47,185 nt of DNA from Promethearchaeota archaeon Loki_b31 (lineage in GTDB: Archaea; Asgardarchaeota; Lokiarchaeia; Sigyniarchaeales; SOKP01): the NCBI GenBank assembly GCA_005222975.1, contig NJBI01000026.1, positions 1 through 47,185 of the forward strand, given 5' to 3'. Position 1 is the stretch's first letter. Each line of letters begins with the position of its first letter. The position numbers were made by a program, and so were the translations under genes. This document shows, piece after piece, positions 1 through 8,655 of this stretch. Below the pieces are notes generated by a model. That model did no database searches. It saw only the letters and a list, made by a program, of their open reading frames with translations, and was not told the DNA's origin.

Positions 1-2
1 TT

Positions 3-500
3 TCCTACGAACCGATAGATGTAGAATCTGATAACTTCGATAACCTCAATAACGCCGTTAACTCCGATAGTTATGAAAGCTCTTCGCAAGCGCGAAAAAT
101 TAACGCTAAAAACCTAAAAAAAGCTTTTTCCGAGCATTTCGGCTCAATCTTCCACTACGAACATTTTAAGATGTATCAAGCTATTAAAGACGGAAATTTC
201 GAAAATTCGCTTAAAATCGGCAAAAACTTACTTAAAGAATTCCTTCTCGCCACATACAACTCCTATTATAACATTAATTGCGCGATTAAGGGCGCAGACA
301 TCAACAGATTTATCGAGTCAATATTGGAAGTCGAGAGCTTTCCGTTTACAGGAGAAGATTTACTACAATTTTTAACCTCTTGTAAAAATATTGAAGTAAA
401 CGATTCGGTAGAAATAGCCGAAACCTGTAAAAATATCTTCGAAATGTATTCTACAATAAGTAACGGCTTCAAACAATTCTTATATTTGGAGGAGAATTAA
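3..500 (+). CDS. Hypothetical protein, 5'-truncated by the window edge
   Basis: The frame of track ORF 171..500 is open back to position 3 (SYEPIDVESDNFDNLNNAV...HFKM). Its stop TAA abuts the ATG at 501. Confidence 0.75.
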   Translation, partial: SYEPIDVESDNFDNLNNAVNSDSYESSSQARKINAKNLKKAFSEHFGSIFHYEHFKMYQAIKDGNFENSLKIGKNLLKEFLLATYNSYYNINCAIKGADINRFIESILEVESFPFTGEDLLQFLTSCKNIEVNDSVEIAETCKNIFEMYSTISNGFKQFLYLEEN

Positions 501-2546
501 ATGGAACCCGACTGTTGGCACAGCGTAGTTAAAATTACGCAAGTCCCAGATATGAGCGGAAAAGACGATAGTGAAGTCTCGTGGCTTTGCGACCCTCTCA
601 GCGCGCGCGAGAACGAAGGAAATGTAGTGTATTGCACCAAATTTACGCTAGATAAAGAGTACTTTTCTTGGAAATTTTATCTAAAAGAAGAGACGAGGAA
701 ACAAGCAATTGAATCAGGGTTTTGCTTTCTGGATTATCTGCAAGAATTGTACCCCGGTTTAGATGGAAAAGTTAAGGTTAAGCCAATTTATTTAGAGCAA
801 ATTAGTAACGATAGTAAATTTACCGAATTAGTTTTGCCTGAGCCGCCATATCGTAAAAGAATAGATTTAATTAAAAAAATCGTTAATCTTTTTTGCAATG
901 TCGAAGAATATAAAGTTAAAATTTACATTTTCTGGCAGCGTTCCGACGACATAGTTAGTGAAATTAGCGATACTGAATTGGAAAAGAGGCATAAAATATT
1001 AGAAGATTATTATAAAGTCAAGATTTTTATTAATACGGTTCCAAACTCGCCACGCGCGGAAAAAAAAGAAGATTTAAGAGCAAAATTTGATGGTCATCTA
1101 CGATCTTTATCTTCTGGAATCTTAAACGAAAACAACGAGAGCGCTAAAATAAAAGAACAACCTCTTTTATCGTTAGAAAACATCTTAAACTTCCTGATAT
1201 TCTATAAGAATACACATAAACGCGATACGGGCAGATATTTTCGAAATATAATAGACGAAATTGAGGAAGATAAACTTCCCGGATTTGTGAACGCTGAAAG
1301 CATAGACTTTACAATCCCACAAGATTTTCTTTTACCTCAATCGAAAAAAATACAAAGCGAAAACGTCGGGTTTTCCTCTTCTTTTAAGAACGGACTCTAT
1401 CTCGGAAATTGGATTCGCGATGGAGTAATAAAGAAAAAACCAATGTACTTAAAATTTGACGATTTACTACATCACGTCTTTATATCAGGTTTAACGGGAG
1501 CAGGCAAAAGTTCCTTTTTTTATCACATTAAAAAAGAACTTGCTGCAAAAGCTCCGCATGTAGGAATATTGATTATTAATTTAAAGAAGAAAGGAGAAAA
1601 AAAATATTACCAAGCAGACATTAACCTTGAATATAAAGATTTGGAAGTGCCATACTCGTTTTACGATGGGAAAGGAGATATATCAGATACCATAGAAACA
1701 TTTGTTCCTCTTTTGATTGCCTCCTTAGGATTAGCTCCTTTTGTAGAACATGCTTTTATAAACTCTACTAAAGCGTATTATGACGAGCATAAAGCTTTAC
1801 CTACTGAGTTAAAGGATTTATTCCCTCCTTTACTGCTCTGGTTTAAAAATAAAGTCAAATAGGACGACGAAATAAATCAACGAACGAGAAGTGCAATCGA
1901 AAATAGGGTTATTAGGCTTTTAAATTCGCCAATACTTAACGAGATCGTGAAGTTACGTAAAGAACTACCAAGCTGGTTTAGGAAATGGAAAAGCGGTAAA
2001 GATGTTTTTATCGATTTAACCGGTTGCAAAAGTGCCGTAAAAAAGCGACTGATCTTGCTCTTAATTTTTCAAATGATAAACATCTTTACGCCAGAGCTCG
2101 ATGAACTCGATTTTAAGAAGAAAATTCTTGGAAATTTGCAGTATGTAATAATGCTAGACGAAATTGGTGATTTTTTAGCAGAAGCAAGCAGTCCAATCTA
2201 TTCAGATGACGAACATTTAGCAAAATATTACGTAAATGAAAAGTGGGAAAACTTTTTAGGCGTGTTTAGAAGTCGCGGTGTTTCTCTTCTATCGGCCGAT
2301 AATAAACCCTCAAGATTATTTGAAAGCGTACATTCGTTACCAAGCATACAAATCGTGTTCCGAACGGCACATTCCTGCAACCATTTGTTTACGAAAATTA
2401 TAGAAGAGCAAGAGTTTTTAAAAGGATTAGAACATCGAAGAGCAATAGTTGTTGATGGTGTTAACGGGTATAAATACGAAATTTTTACGCCCGATTTTTA
2501 TTATCCATATTTCCATACCAGTAGAGCAAAACGCATAAATTCGTGA
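501..2546 (+). pseudogene. HerA/FtsK/VirB4-like (DUF87-type) P-loop ATPase interrupted by one in-frame TAG at 1860-1862 (nonsense mutation, sequencing error or readthrough)
   Basis: Track ORFs 501..1862 and 1947..2546 share a frame and 1863-1946 is open (DDEINQRTRSAIENRVIRLLNSPILNEI). Walker A HVFISGLTGAGKS lies before the stop; Walker B YVIMLDE and FRSRGVSL lie after it. SD GGAGGAGA at 488-495. Confidence 0.75.
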
Positions 2547-2583
2547 ATTAAAAAGTTTTCAATTTTCAAATGGGAGGAGAGGG

Positions 2584-5500
2584 TTCTTCAGCGAATATGG
2601 CGAGGGAGGGGGGAGAGAAGAAGAAAATAAATCAGACACGGGTTCTGAGAACGAGGAAGATAATAAGGACGATTCGAGTAGTGATACCGAGGAGGATTTC
2701 GATGTTGATGGAGAGTACGATCTTGATGGTTCCTTAGATTTAAGCGAAGCAGATAAATACGATTTCGATGGATCTCTAGATTTAAGTGAAGCAGATAAAT
2801 ACGATTTCGATGGGTCTCTAGATTTTAGCGAAACAGAAAAAAATGATGAGGAAAATCAATTAGGGCCAACAGAAGAGTCTAATAATTCTAAAGAAACAGA
2901 TGAAGGTGGTGATACGAATAATAATAGTGACTCGTCTTCAGATACTTCTGAGCAAGGAAATGAATCTTACGAAAATCTCAGTTCTGAATCCTCAAGTACA
3001 ATCTTAATAAGCGAAAACAAGGAAGAGATGCAAGAATCCGACCAAGACGAGTTAGAAAAAGAGATTGAAAAAGAACTCGAGGAAGGAGTAGAGGCTATAA
3101 ACAAATATTTAGAGGAAGAGGCAGAATTTATTAACGCTTATCAGGAAATGGTGGGGAAAGCAAGGGAATTTGACGAAGAACGAGAGAGCGAAGGCGAGGA
3201 ACGTCAGAAGACCGATGAAGAATGGGAAAAAGAAGTCGAAACTGCTGCCTATACCGCTGAACAACTCTACGAGAGTATGAAAGAAATAGAAGCTAACACC
3301 ATTAATGAAGAAATTTCTGAAATTAACGAAGAGCTTGAAATTGAAAAAGAAGTAGAGAAAAACGAGGAAATATCAGAACCTCACTTGAACGATTCTAAAG
3401 AAAAATCTTCTGAAAGTTACGAAGAACTATACGAAGAAGTATATAAAGAAAGATATGAGCTCAATCAACACCAAGCCGAACCCTTGATCGAAGAGGAGCT
3501 CGAGACCGAACCCGAACCTATAGTTAACGAAAAGGAAAAAGAACAACTTCAAGAGCTGGACGTTGAGGAACAATTTGAAACCGTTCGTTTTAACGAATAC
3601 ATGGATGAGTTAGTAGAGAAGCAAAATGAAGAAGCTGAAAAATTAAAAGAACAGGAAGAGCAAGAAGAGCTAGAAGCTCAAGCAAGTAAAATAAAAAAAG
3701 CGAATTTGGAACTATACGAAGAAGTATATAAAGAAAGATATGAGCTCAATCAACACCAAGTCGAACCCTTGATCGAAGAGGAGCTCGAGACCGAACCCGA
3801 ATCTATAGTTAACGAAAAGGAAATAGAACAACTTCAAGAGCTGGACGTTGAGGAACAGTTTGAAACCGTTCATTTTGACGAATATATGGACGAATTAGTA
3901 GAAAAGCAAGAAGAAGATAAGAATATTGAAAACGATAAAATCGAACAAGAAAAAGAAAATATCGAACAGACTCAAAAAGTAATACATCAATCGACCTATC
4001 TCCAAGAAAAATTAGAAGAACAAGAGGAGGAGTTAGAACTGGATTATGAAGAAAAAGACGAAGTTGAGCAAAACCAAGTCGAATCTGCGATCGAGGAAGA
4101 ACTCAAAACAGAACCTAAACCTATTATCAACGAGGAAGAGTTGGAATACATCAAAGTTTTGGAACCTGAGAAACAACTCGAAGCCGAGCTTTTTTACGAA
4201 TTCATAGAAGAACTAGCAAATAAGCAAAATGAAGAAAAAGAAGAACGCGAGGAGAATGAAGAACAAGAAGAAATCTCCACAGAACAGAAAGTAGCTCAAA
4301 TCATGCGCGAACTCGACATACCCCAAGAAATAAACACTGGGAAGACTGAAGTAGAATCCAATAGTCAAGAAGGAGAACTAGAGCATCAAACTACTTCTCC
4401 AGATGAGGAAGTGGTAGAACAATTAGAAATAGAGGAAAGTAAAGACCACCAACAAGAATTAGAAGAAATCCTCGAACAAGTTAGAAAAATCGAGCAAGAA
4501 GCTCTCAACGAAATCGAACAGGAAGAAGAAGATTCGAATAAAACCGCTGAAAAAAAATACGAGAGAGCTAAAAGCCTCTATAAACAACAAACCGGGAAAA
4601 GACCAATTTATGCGAACAAGGAAACAAAAGGATTTAAACAGTGGTTAGAGCAGAAAAAAAAATCGGAAGAAAAAGAGAAAACGAAACAGAAGAAAGAACT
4701 AAAAGAAGAACAGAAAAAAGAAGAAGATTGGAAAACAACCTTTATAGAATGGATAGAGGAAGCTTCTGAAGAAAAATGCATTGTTGAGCTTAAATCCGAG
4801 TTAAAAAAAGCGCTTGAGACTTATAACGAGTTCGAGGGTTTGACTCGAAAGTTTATGGAATTATATGAAAAGTCTCAAAACGAAAAACTTTCTGAAAAAG
4901 AAAAGAATATATTAAAATCCTTAACAAAAAGGCTGCAGGAACTAGATCCGATCCAACTAGAACTATTAACAAGTGTTTTTTTTATTAAAAACTATATCAC
5001 CCAATATTGGTATGATTTTTGGAATACACCTCGTGTTAATCGAGTGCTTAGCAAATTTTATAAGCACATCTCACAGAAATATAAAGAGTTAAGGAAAGCA
5101 CATGAAAATAAAGAAAATTCAGAATTAATAATAAAAGATTGGATAGAGCAAGTGTCTGAAGGGGAAATTAGCCCCGAACTTAAAGTAAAGTTAAAGGAAA
5201 TCGTTGAGAACTATAGCGAACTAGAAGAATTGGCGACTGTATTCATGAAATTATACACCAAGGAACAACGCGAAAAACTCTCTAAACATGAAAAACAAGA
5301 ATTAAAGGTGTTAACGAAAACGCTCCAAAAACTCGAATCCGGCAAGATCGAACTATTTGCAAACATACGGGCTATTAAACATTTTTTAAAAGATCAAAGT
5401 TTTGACGAATTCTCGGACAAAGCACGCGTAAATCGAATCCTTAGCCATTTTTTTAAACACATCTCGCAGAAAATAATAAAATTAAAAAAAGCGCAGGAAA

Positions 5501-8500
5501 ATAAAGAAAATTTAGAAGTATTAAAACTAGAATTAGATGCTATCGAAATCGAATCCAAAGATAAGAAAGATTTTCTTGAGGAAATTACTAAGCTAGGAAG
5601 TGAAGAATCGGACGAAGAGGATTGGAAAACAACCCTTAAACAATGGATAAAAGAGGCTTCTGAGGAAAAATGCAACGCTGAGCTTAAATCCGAGTTAAAA
5701 AAAGCGCTTGAGACTTATAACGAATTCGAGGATTTGACTCGAAAGTTTTTGGAATTATTTAAAAAGGCTCAATACGAAAATCTTACTGAAATAGAAAAGA
5801 ATATATTAAAAATCTTAACAGAAAGACTACAGGGTTTAGGTCCGATCCAATTAGAATTGTTAGCAAATATTCGGGCTTTTAAAGATTATTATTATAATCA
5901 TTTGTGGGAACTTATGAACAGGTTTTTTGTTAATCGAGTGCGTAGCAAATTTTTTAAGCACATCTCGCAGGAATATAATCGTGTAATTTTAGAATATGAG
6001 GATTTTAAATACACTAAACAAGAAATAAATCTAAGAAAAAATAATAATACATTTGAAGAAAAACTCCAATTTAATAAATCAGAAATCAAAGTGACCAATC
6101 AAGAGAAAGCTTTAATAAGGGAAGAAGATCAAGCGGGAATCCCCATTCAGCGAATTTTAGAAAAAATTAACAACCATAAAGAGAATATTGAAAATGATTT
6201 CTATTTTAAAAAATCTTTTCCTCTATTTCCAACTTCAAAAGTAACACTTACCCCCCATAAACAAAGTTCTGTTGGAAGAAAGAAAAATATATCTATAGAC
6301 ATTAATAATTTAAATTTCCATAATTTACTTGACGAACTATTACTTAAGAGTTATGAAGAGTTTTACATAGAACATTTTGCTTTAAAAGTAAAGAATCCTT
6401 ATGCAAATACGGGTCGCACATTACGAGCTGTATTTATTAATTGGATTAAAGAAAGATATTCAAATGATAATCCTAAAAAAGATATATTGTTAAAAAAAAT
6501 TAATAATATTAACGAAAATGAAGAAATTGCACAATACATTTTATATCTTCTTATAAATAGTAATGTTACTCAAATTGGATTGAATTCCATCCTTTTAAAA
6601 TTTCATTTAAATGTTTCAAGGGAAACAGTTCGAACAATTGCTGAAAAGAATTTTACTAATGAAGATTATAAAAAAAAGTTTTCTAAAGGTGATGGTTGGA
6701 ACAAATTCAGTTTGCAAAACTCAGAAAATTATAAAAAATTAATTTTTTCTAGTCTATTAAATAAAGAATTATGTAAATTTTTTGAACAATATTATATGAA
6801 TACAGGTAATTATGCAAATTTTGGGAAGAAAATTACTAAAAATTTTATTGATTGGATTAAGCAAAGAAATATTAATGCTTCTAAAAAAAAAGATATTTTT
6901 GAACTTATAGAAAATATTAATAAAAATAAAGAAATATTGAATTACATTATATATCATGTAAAAAATTATATTAATTCAAATAGCCTTAATAAACTTCCTT
7001 TGAAAGTTTTTTCAAATAAGTTTACACCTTTATTTTTAACAGTTTCCGATTTAACAATACAACGAATAATTACGAAACATATTTTCCAAGGTAACATTAA
7101 TGAATTTAGGAAATTGTTTCCTGTTGGTGGTAGAAAAAAGAAAAGAATTGTCGATTTAGTTAATTTGAGTTTCGATAGTTTGTTAAATTCATCATTAGTT
7201 GATAGGTTTAGAGTTTATAAAGAAATTTTTTATACTTCAACTAATCATATTTATGCTAATCATGGAATGGAAATTACCGAAGATTTTATAAAATGGATTA
7301 ATATAAATGAATGTGATATTACTGAAAAGGAAAATTTAATAAATTTATGTAAAAAAATAAATGAAAATGAAGAGATTTTATCTTTTATTATTCACCTAAC
7401 TCTTAATACAAACTATAACCTTTCTGAAATCGCGAGAGAACTCAACTTAATCAATCTTAATGGTCAAAGAAATACAATTACAAGGATTGTAAAAGAATAT
7501 ATTTTTAATTTTGATAAAGAGGAATTTGACAATAGATTTCATACATCAGATATAGTATCTCAAACAGGTATATCTACTCATTTATGTTTAAACAGTTTAA
7601 TTGCTTTATCTTTTAATAACAATTCAAGCAATATTAAATATTACTCGGAGATTCAAATGTTTCCATCTTCCAATAAACGAGCTGATGGACTTTTTTTAAA
7701 TATTAATTCTCCCAGATTTTTCTATGATCGTCTTACCAAATTTGAAGATAGTGAAGAATTAGTAAAAATTCTAAATATAAAAAAATCTCTTTTAAATAAA
7801 TTAATTGGAGTTCAAATTGAGTTTACTAGTGATTTATCAGATGAAAACATACTAAAAAAATGTATTAAATATCAAAATAAAATGATATTATTAATAATTG
7901 TTGGAACAAACTGGAAAAATAAAGATACTAATAGACAATTTGTTCCAAATTATTCAGAAATATTATATCCCGATAGAGTTTTAGTAATCAGTCCTGGATT
8001 ATTCATTAAATTACTTAATCTTAATTCATATTTTATTCAAGAATTTTATAAAATTTTAGAATACTCTAAAAATTCTGACATTGAATCATTAAATAAGTAT
8101 AACGATAATATTAACATTAATAATAAAATTACTTTTTATGAAGTTAATGAGTTAATCAAAGATACATCATCACAATTTTTTGAAAAATATTTTTATAATC
8201 CAGAAACAGAATTAAATAGTTTAGAAATTCCTTATATTTTTTCAAAATTTATGTCTTATTGTAAAAATAATTTTTCTTCTTTAGAATTTAAAACTATCAC
8301 AAGAGGCTCATCTATCGGTACATACTATATTTTTAATACTCTACATTTAAAACAATTTAATAGTCAAATAGACATGTCGTATAATTTAATTAGTTTAGCT
8401 GATATTTTATGTAATCATATTGGTCAAGATAAAATTTTCTTTAAAAAAATTACAAAGCCTAATTCTGATGATAACCTAAGGGATAAACAAAGAAGTATCC

Positions 8501-8544
8501 TAATAGAAAGCTCGTTTTTAGACAATTATCAAGAAGAATTCTAA
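2584..8544 (+). CDS. Giant modular protein (~1,986 aa if started at 2584; 1,838 aa from ATG 3028): acidic N-terminus, helical repeats, three HTH-like modules, C-terminal PD-(D/E)XK-like nuclease
   Basis: Frame open from 2539 to 8544; SD-like GGAGGAGA at 2573-2580; C-terminal motif YYSE...KRADG...QIEFT...KKCIKYQ...LIIVG. Start position uncertain. Confidence 0.75.
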   Translation, partial: FFSEYGEGGGREEENKSDTGSENEEDNKDDSSSDTEEDFDVDGEYDLDGSLDLSEADKYDFDGSLDLSEADKYDFDGSLDFSETEKNDEENQLGPTEESNNSKETDEGGDTNNNSDSSSDTSEQGNESYENLSSESSSTILISENKEEMQESDQDELEKEIEKELEEGVEAINKYLEEEAEFINAYQEMVGKAREFDEERESEGEERQKTDEEWEKEVETAAYTAEQLYESMKEIEANTINEEISEINEELEIEKEVEKNEEISEPHLNDSKEKSSESYEELYEEVYKERYELNQHQAEPLIEEELETEPEPIVNEKEKEQLQELDVEEQFETVRFNEYMDELVEKQNEEAEKLKEQEEQEELEAQASKIKKANLELYEEVYKERYELNQHQVEPLIEEELETEPESIVNEKEIEQLQELDVEEQFETVHFDEYMDELVEKQEEDKNIENDKIEQEKENIEQTQKVIHQSTYLQEKLEEQEEELELDYEEKDEVEQNQVESAIEEELKTEPKPIINEEELEYIKVLEPEKQLEAELFYEFIEELANKQNEEKEEREENEEQEEISTEQKVAQIMRELDIPQEINTGKTEVESNSQEGELEHQTTSPDEEVVEQLEIEESKDHQQELEEILEQVRKIEQEALNEIEQEEEDSNKTAEKKYERAKSLYKQQTGKRPIYANKETKGFKQWLEQKKKSEEKEKTKQKKELKEEQKKEEDWKTTFIEWIEEASEEKCIVELKSELKKALETYNEFEGLTRKFMELYEKSQNEKLSEKEKNILKSLTKRLQELDPIQLELLTSVFFIKNYITQYWYDFWNTPRVNRVLSKFYKHISQKYKELRKAHENKENSELIIKDWIEQVSEGEISPELKVKLKEIVENYSELEELATVFMKLYTKEQREKLSKHEKQELKVLTKTLQKLESGKIELFANIRAIKHFLKDQSFDEFSDKARVNRILSHFFKHISQKIIKLKKAQENKENLEVLKLELDAIEIESKDKKDFLEEITKLGSEESDEEDWKTTLKQWIKEASEEKCNAELKSELKKALETYNEFEDLTRKFLELFKKAQYENLTEIEKNILKILTERLQGLGPIQLELLANIRAFKDYYYNHLWELMNRFFVNRVRSKFFKHISQEYNRVILEYEDFKYTKQEINLRKNNNTFEEKLQFNKSEIKVTNQEKALIREEDQAGIPIQRILEKINNHKENIENDFYFKKSFPLFPTSKVTLTPHKQSSVGRKKNISIDINNLNFHNLLDELLLKSYEEFYIEHFALKVKNPYANTGRTLRAVFINWIKERYSNDNPKKDILLKKINNINENEEIAQYILYLLINSNVTQIGLNSILLKFHLNVSRETVRTIAEKNFTNEDYKKKFSKGDGWNKFSLQNSENYKKLIFSSLLNKELCKFFEQYYMNTGNYANFGKKITKNFIDWIKQRNINASKKKDIFELIENINKNKEILNYIIYHVKNYINSNSLNKLPLKVFSNKFTPLFLTVSDLTIQRIITKHIFQGNINEFRKLFPVGGRKKKRIVDLVNLSFDSLLNSSLVDRFRVYKEIFYTSTNHIYANHGMEITEDFIKWININECDITEKENLINLCKKINENEEILSFIIHLTLNTNYNLSEIARELNLINLNGQRNTITRIVKEYIFNFDKEEFDNRFHTSDIVSQTGISTHLCLNSLIALSFNNNSSNIKYYSEIQMFPSSNKRADGLFLNINSPRFFYDRLTKFEDSEELVKILNIKKSLLNKLIGVQIEFTSDLSDENILKKCIKYQNKMILLIIVGTNWKNKDTNRQFVPNYSEILYPDRVLVISPGLFIKLLNLNSYFIQEFYKILEYSKNSDIESLNKYNDNININNKITFYEVNELIKDTSSQFFEKYFYNPETELNSLEIPYIFSKFMSYCKNNFSSLEFKTITRGSSIGTYYIFNTLHLKQFNSQIDMSYNLISLADILCNHIGQDKIFFKKITKPNSDDNLRDKQRSILIESSFLDNYQEEF
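2719..2844 (+). repeat. Three tandem 42-bp units encoding D(L/F)DGSLD(L/F)SE(A/T)(D/E)K(Y/N)
   Basis: Units at 2719-2760, 2761-2802 and 2803-2844; many differences are synonymous in the giant-protein frame. Confidence 0.9.
3424..3909 (+). repeat. Near-identical ~201-bp intragenic direct repeat (3424-3624 and 3709-3909), with a degenerate third copy near 4070-4230
   Basis: ELYEEVYKERYELNQHQ(A/V)EPLIEEELETEPE...YMDELVEKQ occurs twice, offset 285 bp. Confidence 0.9.
4720..5976 (+). repeat. Three copies of a ~120-aa helical repeat (DWKTT..WI.EASEEKC..ELKSELKKALETYNEFE...VNR..SKF.KHISQ)
   Basis: Copies at about 4720-5082, 5120-5472 and 5614-5976; copies 1 and 3 are similar at DNA level. Confidence 0.85.
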
Positions 8545-8655
8545 TAAAATTTTGAATTTTTTTTTTACAATTTTTTTAATTAGTATTTAAAGTAGTATAA
8601 AGTAAAAATATAAAGTAAATACACATAAGAGAAAAAATTTTAAGGAAAGGATAAT

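Noticed and set aside
1947-2546. Track ORF as an independent 199-aa gene
   Set aside because: It is the in-frame Walker B half of the ATPase starting at 501.
2719-2844. 42-bp repeats as a CRISPR array
   Set aside because: Units are contiguous with no unique spacers, are a multiple of three, and no cas genes are present.
8545-8655. Immunity gene of a classical polymorphic toxin locus
   Set aside because: Only ~110 bp of AT-rich sequence separates the giant ORF from a convergent gene; no ORF fits.
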